A stretch of DNA of 64,000 nt from Phoronis australis (lineage: Eukaryota > Animalia > Phoronida), in the NCBI GenBank assembly GCA_002633005.1, contig NMRA01000751.1:103666-167665 (forward strand), read 5' to 3'. The notes beneath the pieces are model-generated. The model saw only the letters and a list, made by a program, of their open reading frames with translations. It was not told the origin of the DNA and ran no database searches. Within the stretch, counting starts at the first letter, position 1. The number at the start of each line of letters is the position of its first letter. Positions 41,045-52,705 of the stretch are shown here, in pieces. The translations under genes were made by a program, and so were the position numbers.

Positions 41045-41193
41045 CTCTCAGAAATCCAAATACTTTTCCCCATTTTCCTGCATCAAACGGGTGTAACTTC
41101 TCTAAACCTAAAAACCCAATGTTATAATCCGGCGAGTAAACGATGGGCCATGTATCTTTGGGAACTTCTCTGTAGAGTCTTGAATTCTGAAAT
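41045..41193 (-). CDS. HDAC11: HDAC11 exon 2
   Basis: ttccag|...|gtgaga; 149 nt, FQNSRLYREVPKDTWPIVYSPDYNIGFLGLEKLHPFDAGKWGKVFGFLR (HDAC11 motif LEKLHPFDAGKW). Confidence 0.93.
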
Positions 41194-42289
41194 CTGGAAT
41201 AGAAAACATGTACGTCTGTCCAATAATGTAGCAAAAACAGATTTCACAAGTTGCTTTAAATAACGATATCTTAATGTCAATTAAAAGAGTATACTGTGGC
41301 TTAAATCTAGAACAAAATAAATTTGTAATTTGATTTTCTTAGTGTTATATATTTTTGTTAAGTGTTGATTGTTAGCTTTTAGATTGAATCATTTGTGGTG
41401 TTATAATACCATATGTGTAACATGTACAGTATTCTCACATCTTGTGTAAATAGGTAAAGAATTACACTGCTCATGTATCTTAAGATGTATCTAAGTATGA
41501 AAACAATTTAGTTCTTTAACAAATCATATACGGTAGCGACACAAAGACGCATGCTGTCTGATAGAATGAATTGTGGGGTGCTGATTGTATGTGTACAAGA
41601 ATCAAGTGACTTGACTTCGGAATTTTTCAAAAGTTACCCTCATCTTGATCACAACTGTGAGTAGATTAAGTCATTTAAAACGCCCACCGAAAATATATTT
41701 TACAGCATGCGGTAAGCATTTACAGGAAATCTATGGAATTGGTAAGGATGAAAGAATTAGTGTGAAACGGCAACAAAAACAGGTGCACGCATGCTATCTG
41801 ATGTTTTACCACAAACAATGACCACCAACCTTGCTCCGCACAGGGTTGGTGGACATTTCCTCTACTTTAGTATTTATGTATTTATTAATAATTCATTTAT
41901 TCATTATTATTTATTAGTCCATCTATGTCATTAATATATATTCATATTCCATTAGTCTTTGATTCGACCATGCCAGAAAGTTTTTGGACTTCAATAAACT
42001 TGTTGCATTCAGTCAGATTCGTCTCCTATAAGCCCAAATTCACCGTAGGGTGGGCGTGGCAACAGTCCTGACACTTAACCAAAAAGTTACCGTGGTGACA
42101 AAACTGGACTCGCATATGCCAAACAATTTGATCTCAAAAGGGAAGGTGAGCAGACAGGAGGGTTCTGCTGGATTTTGTCACTGGTTGCCAAGGACAACTT
42201 TTGTTTTATTGACAAATGTTTGTCTGGATTACTGTACATGTGTTGTGGGGGGGGGAAGTGAACTACGCTTTCTCAGGAGTTTTTTTGTA

Positions 42290-42800
42290 AAAAGGACAGG
42301 AAAATTCTTAAGACAAAGCCAACATATATAGGATTCCCATGGGTGGAATAATTGCAATTTATTTTGGCACTCAAGAGTCAAATGGAGTCCTCACATCAGT
42401 AACACAACAGGTCGTAATGATTTTATTTATCAGCATTCCCTTACCCTTCTGAATGCCAACCATTAATACTCAGCTTTTGTTTTGGTTAATGGAATGGCAA
42501 ATGTCCCACCAGGTTCCCAGAAGTAGTCTCCATTCTCTTGATGAGGCTTTGGATTTGTCAGTATGTTATTAAAAAATTAGAGACCTCCTAAATGCAGAGC
42601 ATTCATTTGTGGATTCTAATGTGAGTTACGAAGAAAGATTACATGCAGTCATTGCCTACAGATATGCTACAGTACTAAAGATACTACCAACACCTTAGTG
42701 GCAAGATGTAATGCACCAGATTCCTTTGTGAATGATCTATCAGAATATAAAGTATTACACAAAAGGTTTTAGCAAATGACTTGCAATTTTTACAGAATAG
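42290..42800 (+). mobile_element. Highly decayed RT fragment, possibly Penelope-like
   Basis: GIPMGG motif at about 42330 and downstream YRYA / RCN fragments; many stops and frameshifts. Confidence 0.35.
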
Positions 42801-43872
42801 AGTTTGAATGTATTTCACTCTCAAATAGAATCATTGCAAAGCCTGGGAATTGTGACAGTCAAATCTGGACCCTTGTTGAATTTGGTTTGTTAGGCTTAGT
42901 CCCTACAGACAAGCCATAAACTATTAGGCAATTACATTGCCTGGTGTTGAAGCCACAGTAGTCCAAAGGCATAGCATACCCCATGAAAAGTTAATGATTT
43001 CAAATTACATCAAATAAGATCAAATGAAGTCATATTGGTTGTATATATATATCCAGCGAGTTATAATTGACACATAAAATGACTCAGGACTGAAGACAAT
43101 TTAACAATTTGAACATATCCATGAAAAACTGTAGTGTTTCACTCAAACTTTCCTCATTTTGAAGAAGTTACCGGACTACAATGCCAGTTCATGAACCAAG
43201 TCCAAGGGACACAAATCTTACAACTTCCTCCAGTTCCAAAATTGATAACTCACCATTTTTACATGCGCACACCAGGTGATATGATGCCATACCACCTGCT
43301 GCGTGCAGTTTTAAAAATGGCGAGTTACCGGTTTTGGGAACTGAACTAGGGACTGCTCGAAGAAAAAGTTTGATAACGGGAGTATTTGTTTGAGTTGGAA
43401 GGAATTAAATACATCGATGACTTTCTAAGGTGTCCCTCTATGGCTCTATGTGCAAAAGGTATTTATAAACAACGTGACTTTGATGTTTTAGTCAGTGTGA
43501 GGCATAATTCACGGAAAAGCTTCCAGCATACAAAGCTGCAATAGGAGCTTCACCGTCTCTACAGGATCAGCTAGAGACGGTGATCACTGTCTACTTGTTG
43601 GACGTGCCTGCCGCCATATAGGTCATAAACTCGGCTCAGCTCTTGTCATTTGACCTACGGTTATTGTGCGCGCTGAAAAGGTTAACGGTGACCATGGAAA
43701 AAGTGGAGTTGGAATGCTTTGCTGATTAAAAGCCATCTTAAGTCCTGTCCAATACGATATATGGTAAAGTGTAATCGATACATTTTACAATGCTAATTTT
43801 CACTCTAATGTGTCATTTTCTCAGTCATAGGCCCCTACTAGTACTAATCATAGACGTAGTCGTAGGCCCTAC

Positions 43873-43968
43873 ATTAATCCACAGGCGTCCTCAGCTTCTG
43901 ATCGTCCCCAATACATTACATGTAGTGTATTGGGGACGATCAGAAGCTGAGGACGCCTGTGCATTAAT
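43873..43968. repeat. Near-perfect 96-bp palindrome
   Basis: attaatccacaggcgtcctcagcttctgatcgtccccaatacattaca|tgtagtgtattggggacgatcagaagctgaggacgcctgtgcattaat; two non-Watson-Crick positions, no spacer. Confidence 0.95.
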
Positions 43969-44141
43969 CAGACCAACGTAATTTTGGTAATTTAACTAGT
44001 TTAAAGCGGAATTTGCAGAAAATATTGCAACGCTCTGACTGCAATGTACGAATGTGATCATTGTGAGTGAGTCGAGCAGCATCAGGATCTAAAGCCAAAT
44101 ACACATGGACAAAATTTCAATATCCAAGTCCGTAAATGTAC

Positions 44142-44161
44142 CTGTTTTCATTTTCATCCAT
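44142..44161 (-). CDS. HDAC11: HDAC11 exon 1 (inferred start, MDENEN-R)
   Basis: ATG GAT GAA AAT GAA AAC AG|gtacat; phase 2 fits the acceptor at 41193; lies next to a CpG-containing promoter-like region. Confidence 0.65.
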
Positions 44162-44451
44162 TTCCTCATCACAGCGCTACCTATTATTCATTGGCTGAAA
44201 TAAATTGACTTCGCCGGCTTCGCCAAGTCAAGACATCCAATTGGTCTGTTTGGCGGAAGTTGTCATCCTATAACTAATCAGATGTCTTAGCTGATTTACT
44301 CGCAAAACCGACGAAGTCCATCGAGTGTTGTTTCATCCGGGAAACTTGTGTTTTGGCGTAAACTTTGATTTGTTCTGTGTGGGATGGTTCACTTGCAGTT
44401 TTGAACACGACTAGTTTTATTTCAGACCTGATTTGCGCTTTATGGTTTAAC
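44162..44451. promoter_or_regulatory. Bidirectional promoter region shared by HDAC11 and LIN37
   Basis: Two divergent ATGs about 290 bp apart; CpG-enriched; CCAAT boxes (ATTGG about 44190, CCAATTGG about 44237), TTTGGCGG plus GGAAGT (44249-44260), TGGCGT-N4-TTTGAT (44354-44369), TTTGAA (44400-44405). Confidence 0.7.
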
Positions 44452-44470
44452 ATGTCCGTTAAAAGACTTG
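44452..44470 (+). CDS. LIN37: LIN37 exon 1
   Basis: aacATG TCC GTT AAA AGA CTT G|gtaagt (MSVKRL-D); consensus donor; phase 1 matches exon 2. Confidence 0.75.
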
Positions 44471-44939
44471 GTAAGTTTGGCTCATCGCTAACGGCAGTTT
44501 TAGTGAGTGGATAATGTATAATTTTGTTGATGTCCCGTAGTCGTAGCAGCTATTCCATTAGGCAATGACCATCGCCTCTGTTGGCCCGAACGACTGGTTC
44601 GGGCCAACAGAGGCGATGGTCATTGCAGGCGATACAGTTAGGCTGGAAGGGCAAATCAGACCTTACGACAATGATGTAAACTAACCGAGGAACTCGGTGG
44701 CGTTGTACTCGAAGCAAACTAAAAATTATTTTTGACAATTTCTCTGCTAATTTGCTACTTTTGTGCGTACTCAGTTTATTAGACTATGCTCAAATACATT
44801 ATTGTTTACGCATAGGAGTTTCTAGTCCAAGTTTGTACTTGATGTACTTGGTGCTACAAACTCAAGAGTGACCTTAAAGTATGGGGCTTGATTTATGCAT
44901 TTGAGTGGTGTGTTGTGAAGACTGATTATATATTATGAG

Positions 44940-45480
44940 AGAATATTCTCTGGATAATCCTGGAAAATGGAATTCAACGTTTCCAAATGCAATATTGTAC
45001 GTGTCCAGAGAGCGTTCCCTCATAATATACAATTACAGTCTTAAAAACTCACCGCTCAAAGGCATAAATCAAGCCCCATACCTTGGGGTCACTCTTACCA
45101 ATAATTCATCATGGAACACTCTCATAGACAATCACCTAAGGCAAACATAACTCTTGGTTTCATTAAGTGAAACCTCAATATGCACCTCGCGAAACCTTGG
45201 CCTATACTAGTCTAATAAGGCCCGAACTTGAATATTCCTGTTCTGTCTGGGATCACTCAACACAATCCAATAGTGACAATATAGAAAGGATACAATGTAG
45301 AGCAGCTAGGTTCGTCCTTATAATGATAACTCGAGATAGTCCTCTGTTACTTCTATGCTCACCACTCTCAAATGACCCACTCTCCAAGAAAGGGATGCTC
45401 AAAACAAACTGTCTCTCATGCACAACCTGGTTGCCATTCCCCACACTTACCTTCCACCCCTATATGTAGTTCATGTAATT
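44940..45480 (+). mobile_element. LINE (CR1/L2-like) 3' RT fragment in LIN37 intron 1
   Basis: Frameshifted PYLGVTLTNNSSWN and LAYTSLIRPELEYSCSVWD...IERIQCRAARFV, typical of the LINE RT C-terminus. Confidence 0.8.
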
Positions 45481-45560
45481 TCCACTGTCATACCTTTAAG
45501 AGACCATACAGTGATTCAAAGTGGAACAAAGTTAAGAACTCGGCACTCAATTTTTTGCAG

Positions 45561-45702
45561 ATGGAACGCCTGAGATGAACTCCGCCCGAAGTAAGCTTGA
45601 CGGTGTGTTACAGACATTGGTGGAAAAAAGAGACGAGAGTCCAGAAAAAGAGTCAACAGATGTTCCAAGCTCACCTGATGTTCACCTTCCAAGCTTCAAA
45701 AT
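45561..45702 (+). CDS. LIN37: LIN37 exon 2
   Basis: ttttgcag|GTPEMNSARSKLDGVLQTLVEKRDESPEKESTDVPSSPDVHLPSFK|gtaatt; resembles the N-terminal ARxxLDxVLQxLxEK block of LIN37; 3' boundary chosen by phase. Confidence 0.8.
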
Positions 45703-46445
45703 GTAATTGAATTACACTGACTTACTGACAAATATTTCTTTGAACCAGGCTTTTAGCTTTAAAATGTAATTGAATTACAGTGACTTGACAAATATTTCTT
45801 AAAACCAGGCTTTTAGCTTTAAAATGTAATTGAATTACAGTGACTTACTGACAAATATTTCTTTAAACCAGGTTTTCAGCTTTAAAATGTAATTGAATTA
45901 CAGTGACTTGACAAATATTTCTTTAAACCAGGTTTTCAGCTTTAAAATGTAATTGAATTACAGTGACTTGACAAATATTTCTTAAAACCAGGCTTTCAGC
46001 TTTAAAATGTAATTGAATTACAGTGACTTACTGACAAATATTTCTTAAAACCAGGTTTTCAGCTTTAACATGTAATTGAATTACAGTGACTTGACAAATA
46101 TTTCTTAAAACCAGGGTTTCAGCTTTAAAATGTAATTGAAATACAGTGACTTACTGACAAATATTTCTTAAAACCAGGCTTTCAGCTTTAAAATGTAATT
46201 GAATTACAGTGACTTGACAAATATTTCTTAAAACCAGGGTTTCAGCTTTAAAATGTAATTGAATTACAGTGACTTGACAAATATTTCTTAAAACCAGGCT
46301 TTCAGATTTAAAATGTAATTGAAATACAGTGACTTACTGACAAATATTTCTTAAAACCAGGCTTTCAGCTTTAAAATGTAATTGAATTACAATGACTTAC
46401 AGACAGATATTTCTTAAAACCAGGTTTTCAGCTTTAAAATGTAAT
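45692..46445 (+). repeat. Minisatellite, 12 units of 60 or 63 bp plus a partial unit
   Basis: Unit starts at 45692, 45755, 45815, 45878, 45938, 45998, 46061, 46121, 46184, 46244, 46304, 46367 and 46430 (partial); consensus agctttaaaatgtaattgaattacagtgactt(act)gacaaatatttcttaaaaccaggctttc. Confidence 0.97.
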
Positions 46446-47399
46446 ATCATGTGTTTGTGAAGTTTCCCAAATTCTTGGTATTTCTTATACTGTCTAAGTT
46501 ATGTCTCCACAATGTACAGTGCTTTCATAATAGTATTTCGGCTTTTTGGTGTGTGTGGTCATGAACAATGTTCAGAACAGTCAATAATACGTTAACCACT
46601 GACTGAACTATTTATAGTGACTGCTTATGAAGTCGAAATGCACCAGCGAATCCTGCATTTTGCACTGAAATAACGCAATTGCTTAGACCTGTCTGTATAG
46701 TCACTAGGGTTTAGCGCTGTGTATTCTATTGAAACAAGGAACGATTTTCCCCGCAACACTTGAAATAAAGATGCTACCTGTGAGGTAGATTTGCGAGTAT
46801 GTTCCAATTTACTCTACATGTACTTAATGATTCATTTGCGCTGGGCCCTTGATGTCTTAATTTTTTGGTGGAATGCTGGCCTCATTCCTCCCTCAAATAT
46901 GTTTAAAAATTACGCAACGTTCCCCTCATCAGGCCCAAAATTTTTTAATCACTTTTAATTCAGACCCTTGCCTTCAGGATTTATTTACTTCCAAAATCCT
47001 CACTTCGTATCCATGCCTTGCAGGTGTTTACAGCTTTGATGTGGTGAACATAATTAGGATTGTATGTAATTGTGCTGTATCAGCGCATTGATATGATTCA
47101 ATAGTCATCTTATTGCCATATATTGGTCACGCTACATATGACCTATAGTTAAGCCTGGAAGGATATCTCTTTCCCAACTGGGGCTCGAACCCGGGACTTT
47201 ATGGTAATCAAGCCAATGTTCTAATCCACTGAGCTTATACCAAATCACTTCTGTGCTGTCATTACTCTAGACATTGCCAATATGATAAGTCCACTATTTG
47301 AATTTGCATTAGTAATACCTGACAACTGTTGTTGTCTTTTTGTTGTGTTGCCATTTTGGTTGTTTTGTCTTTGTTTAGCAGACATTTTTGATGTTTCAG

Positions 47400-47506
47400 T
47401 GAGACACCAGAAGTCTTGTCACCTTCTAAACGAGGGTCGCGATCTGCAAAGAAACGTAAAAGAGGGAAAGATGAGCCTTTGTCTGAGGATTTTGGACATT
47501 TTCACC
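47400..47506 (+). CDS. LIN37: LIN37 exon 3 (basic NLS-like segment)
   Basis: tttcag|ETPEVLSPSKRGSRSAKKRKRGKDEPLSEDFGHFH|gtaggt; phases 2 and 1 fit the neighbours. Confidence 0.8.
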
Positions 47507-48224
47507 GTAGGTATTCTCTTTTTATGTATCACAAATGTAAACTTACAAAAACAACCAAATAACTGTTCTTAGAATTTTGTTCCTAAAATCGCTCATTACT
47601 TTTGGTAATGAGTTGCCGTTTCTTGCTCATTACTTTCGATAATGAGTAAGAAACAATGACTGTCCCAAGTGACAACTTACGTGCTATGACATGCTGTAAC
47701 TAGTACCAAAATCCCCATGGGTGAGTTGGATCAGGCAATTTGGGAACATTTGAAGATGTAAAACTATGCTAATCATATGTGCCATGGCAATCATTAGCAC
47801 GCATTGCTGTACAAATGGGTCAACCTGGCCGTAGATAACCAGGTATTCCCCGATTGTATATTAAAGCATTGCTGATATCCTCCAACTGAGAAATCAATCG
47901 GGCTTTGCAGAAAGACTTTGCCCTATGGTGCATTAATTGCTGATTGTTGACGTTGATATATGAATGCAAATAATCAAGGCTGGATAAAAAGAGACGACTT
48001 GCCAGGAGTTACTTGATGATATCATAATGGTATGCACCAAATTGTATCAATAATGCCTGATGTTGTCCTCAGTTTAGTCCTAATCGTTGACACATTCTTC
48101 TTACTTATTTCTTCTCTCATTACACACAAAAACCTCTACTGTGCAGTGCTACTAAGTGCAAACTGCTGATAAAACTAAAATGTGATCATTGAGATACCGA
48201 TTGCCATTTGCTCACTATTTGCAG

Positions 48225-48391
48225 ACACGTACGTGATGAAGTTATTCGACCGCAGTGTTGACCTAGCACAATTTAATGAGGATGCGCCCCTATATCCTGT
48301 CTGCCGTGCCTGGCTGAGAAATGAACCACACAATCGGAACTTGGTACCAAGAGCCCGATCTTTAACCCCTGAGCCTTTACCTCAAGACGAG
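48225..48391 (+). CDS. LIN37: LIN37 exon 4 (conserved core, CRAW motif)
   Basis: ttgcag|TYVMKLFDRSVDLAQFNEDAPLYPVCRAWLRNEPHNRNLVPRARSLTPEPLPQDE|gtaagt; hallmark LIN37 sequence. Confidence 0.96.
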
Positions 48392-48577
48392 GTAAGTGGT
48401 CAACTTCGTGGCTGTAAACCCGCTCTTCATGACAAACACAACTTTTGATATAGACCGCTTACCATTATAAAATTGGTCTCAAGTTGTTCCTTAGTCGCAT
48501 TAGAGGAGGTTTTAGGGCTTCAAAAGAACTGATAATTTATAACTTCAAACCATCTTCTACAAGCCGAGATGTCATGG

Positions 48578-48765
48578 CATTACATTTCATGTGCTGAGCA
48601 CGGTCTCAAGGAATTATTACATTTCATGTGCTGAGCACGGTCTCAATGTATTATTACATTTCATTTGCTGAGCACGGTCTCAAGGAATTATTACATTACA
48701 TGTGGTGAGCGCGGTCTCAAGGAATTATTACATTTCGTTTGCTGAGCACTGTCTCAAGGAATTAT
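48578..48765 (+). repeat. Minisatellite, about 5 units of 37 bp
   Basis: attacatttcatgtgctgagcacggtctcaaggaatt repeated in LIN37 intron 4. Confidence 0.92.
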
Positions 48766-49416
48766 GAAGTGTCAGTTCTTTCCGAGCCCTGAAGTCAATT
48801 GAAGAAGAAACAAGTTGAAACCAATTTTAATCACCTAATTCAAAAGATCACTTTTTTGAAGGAACATAGATTAATAGGATTATATTAGTACTGTCAATTT
48901 TTCATTACATACAGGCAACCTGTAGAAAAGTTAAAAAGTCCTAAATACAGAAATACCATCGTCAAATGTCTTTTGAAGTCCTAGCCATGTTGTAGAATAG
49001 TTTCAGTGAAGTTAACTTCACAGCCACCGAGTTTTTAGTTACACTATGGTACTCCATGGCCAAATATTATTTAAACAAAAATTATCAAGCAAAAATAGGA
49101 AAGCTGCAAATGACTGATACGTGATGTTTGGAACATTCTGTTCCAACTCCTCAGCAACCATAAGAGACGACAAACCTGTTCGTAGAACATTTGTTTCTTG
49201 TAAATCACAAAACCTGAATTTTTAAGTACTTATGTGGGTGTGGTAAAAATGCTGTGAATCCAACAGGTCTGGGTTGAAAGATGCAAATAGTTTGCTCACA
49301 TGTGCTGAGAGGTGTAACAAATAAAAAGAATTGTGTAGTAAATTGATATGTTGTGGTTGTCATTTATTTCGTGAATGATCTTTAACTCCAGTATGTTGAT
49401 TTCTATTTTCTCACAG

Positions 49417-49554
49417 CAGGATGAGAACAGGTCTAGAGATGTGTACTGCCTCCCCCGGCCAGTCATGATCAAACATGAAGGTAGCGGTGAGCCTATAGAC
49501 CTCCGTGTTCCCTCTCCAATGCCTGTCCCAGAAGGTCACACGGACATTACTACT
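49417..49554 (+). CDS. LIN37: LIN37 exon 5
   Basis: cacag|cag| tandem acceptor; QDENRSRDVYCLPRPVMIKHEGSGEPIDLRVPSPMPVPEGHTDITT|gtaagt (DVYxLP and RxPSP motifs). Confidence 0.9.
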
Positions 49555-49629
49555 GTAAGTGTTATTAATCAATTACAATTGGCTCAAGATGCCTTTCTTC
49601 ATTTACTGCATAAAAATCCTTGTTGTATT

Positions 49630-51080
49630 TATGTGGTTGTGCATACTGCCGTCATCTTTGTCAGAGCATCTGTGTGTTCCTTCAAAGCTGACGACGGACG
49701 ACGATGAATTTCTGACAAATCCGACTACCAGTTTGCTCCGAGTGGCAATTTTAGTTTTTATGCACCCACAACTGTATCTCCTAAACCCCTCACAGGATTT
49801 TGAGATTTGGCAGATGTGTTCCTGTGAAGCTGACAACGGACGAAGATGAATTTCGGGCCTCTCCGATTGCCGGTGTGCCCCCTAGTGGTCATTTATTTTT
49901 TTACGCTTACCTCAGTATCTTCGGAGGTCCTCAACGGATTTTCATAAAATTTGTCAGTTAGACATCTATTAGTGAGATGATGCTATCCGTCCATTTTCGT
50001 ACGAATTCGAGGTACTTTGCACCACGTAGTGGCCATTTTTACTGTTTTCGAGTCCGCTCTTCTATCAGCCAAACAGCTTTAGGGATGATTTTGAAAATTG
50101 CCTCATTTGTTTTTATTGTGAAGAGGCCAGCTGACGATGATTTTCCGATGACTTTGACTACTGTGGTAGTTTTGTTTGTTTTTTTCGCAAATGGCTGTAT
50201 CTCCTGAAGACCTCATAGGATCTTGATGTGATTTAGGAGATGTGTTTCTATGAAGATGACGAGGGACGACTACGAATTTCGGACCTCTGCGACTACTGGT
50301 GTGCCCCCTTTGGCAATTTTAGTTTTTTACGCTTACCTGTGTATCTTGGGAGGTCCTCAACGGATTTTCTTAAAATTTGGCAGTTAGGCACCTATAAGTG
50401 AGATGATGTCATCCTCGCGTTTTTGTATGGATTCAAGGTACTTTGCACCACCTAGTGGCCATTTTTAATGTTTTCGAATGTTTTTGGCATCCGCCCTTCT
50501 ATCAACCAAACCACTCTAGGGATGATTTTGAAAATTGGCATGTATGCTCTTGCTGTGAAGAGGACAGCTGACAATGATTTTTCGATGAGTTCGACTTCTG
50601 TGGCACCTCCTAGTGGCAGTTTCGTTTGTTTTTACGCCCATGGCTGTATCTCTTGAACACTCTACAGGATCTTCATTGAATTTTGCTGGTGTATTTATAT
50701 GAACTTGTCAACTGAGGATGACGACTTTCGTACGGATCGTGTTACCGGTGTGCCCCCTAGTGGCAGTTTTAGTTTTTTACGTTTACCTTTGTATCTTCAA
50801 AGGTTGTCAATGGATTTTCATAAAATTTGGCAGATAGGCAACTATCAGTGAAGTGACGCTATCATCCGGTTTTCATTTGAATTCAAGGTATTTTGCATAA
50901 TCTTTTGGCCGTTTTTACTGTTTTTGAGTCTTTTGGCATTTACGCCTCTTCAACCAAACCACTCTAAGGATGATTGTGGAAATTTGGCGTGTGTTTCTAA
51001 TGTGAAAAGGAGGTCTGATGACGATTTTCCAACAACTTTATCTGCTGTTGCGCCTCTTAGTGGCAGTTATGTTTTTTGCG
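49630..51080 (+). mobile_element. HINE-like family copy with about ten diverged internal subrepeats
   Basis: Repeated gtgccccctagtggcaattttagttttttacgcttacct blocks similar to 8700-8870; higher-order period of roughly 430 bp. A further fragment lies at about 55680-55970 (-). Confidence 0.7.
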
Positions 51081-52012
51081 CCTACCGTATTCACGCTAAT
51101 AAGCGCCCATAGCGCTTAGAAAAATTCGCTTCAGGAAGGGGGACGCTTATTATTGCCCAAAAGTGGTTGAAACCCGGTCACCAAAACAGGTGAAATCGTA
51201 AGCTAGAATTCATAAAATTTACGCTCTGTGACTCATCTGTAACTTATGATAGAGTGTTTACAAAACAGCAGTGCATTGCTATCAAAATTTGTCGTTAAAT
51301 TAAGAGCATTTTTCAGAAAATCCCAGTGCGAAAACCTGCCGACTGATGCGTCGCTGCCTCGCGATCGCCGATAGATCAACTTGAATTCATGAGTAATAAT
51401 ATAGTTTCGACTCTACTAATTACTTGAAGTCCTCCTTAAGTTTTCAAAATAGCGTCCCTAAGATTTTTGAGTTCCTGCGGAGTCAGGATTTACTCCATAG
51501 AAAGTCCAAATCTGCGACCTAATTTCCTTAACTTCCTTTTAAAGCTCATATAAGATCTAGAAATTTAAAGAGTTATACTCAGAACATGTTATAGACACAG
51601 TATATCAAGAAGGAAGCCTTACATTTTGTTCTGGGTGTAAGATGGACATCTCCAGGCTACAGGTGGCGCTGACCTCATTCAAAGGTCATAGTAAGGAATA
51701 TTGATGCTACATCACAGCATGCTCCGTATAAAGTAAAATTTTCTCATTTGAAAATGTTGCGAGTTGTAATTGAATGATGTAATCGAAGGGTCATTTTCCA
51801 GTATGTTGGAAATAGAATGTTGTAAATATTCATCTGGCTTATCTCTACACAAAAAGTTCACTACTAGGTAATATTGTAGCCTTAAGTGAATATATTTTAG
51901 GCGGCATGTGGCAGTTTAGCCACTCTGTGACATGTTTCTGTGTGGTTATGACCTCCTTATTTTTTGTGAAGCCTCTTATTACCTGAATTTTTCTGTTGTA
52001 TACCTTTTCTAG

Positions 52013-52086
52013 GAGCTTGATACAGCAGCGAACCCAACTCAGTTGTTACTAGATCACATGGATAGGTGGAAAGTGATAAGGGAAAA
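52013..52086 (+). CDS. LIN37: LIN37 exon 6
   Basis: ttttctag|ELDTAANPTQLLLDHMDRWKVIRE(K)|gtaagt. Confidence 0.92.
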
Positions 52087-52705
52087 GTAAGTATTGCATG
52101 ATACAGGGATATACCCGCAGATATGCTCCTATCATGTGTAACGCGAATCGGTGGAGCGACCAGCACCGATCTAACTAGCATCTAAAATCGACTGTTCGTA
52201 GCCGATAAAAATATTTGCAGAGTTGTGTACTTTTTCACTCGTTCGTATCGTATACGAGAGAACCATGATGACAACTTATAGAGAGAGTGAAACTAGAGAG
52301 AAGTAGACAAATATACCGAGTTTAGTATACGCTAAATATAAAATACAAATTCACAAACTCATCGTTAGCTTCCATTGTCATCTCTATTTTGACAAGTAAC
52401 CCAAAGAGTATAGAAGCAAGAATAATATGCTGAAAAACGTTAAAGTTCAAATAAAAAAGACTCAAAAGGGTAGTTGGTTTAGTTGGGATTCCTTGCGGAT
52501 AAGATCGAGACCTGGCAGAATCCAAATTTTGAGCGTTTGGGGCCACTTTTATAGGCGAATTTGCACCGCGAATGTACCGAATTAAGCTGAAATAGGGGTC
52601 TCAAGATAAACATAAAAACTTAGTTGTAATAGTCAGTGAGTGTTTAATTATGTGAAAAACACAGTCTTTGTCAGCCTGTTAATGCTTCTGTGCTTTTGTT
52701 TTCAG

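Noticed and set aside
45692-46445. CRISPR array
   Set aside because: The units are contiguous near-identical repeats with no unique spacers, there are no cas genes and the context is eukaryotic.
47507-47512. Alternative LIN37 exon-3 donor ag|gtattc at 47510
   Set aside because: It gives phase 2, which is out of frame with the conserved exon 4.
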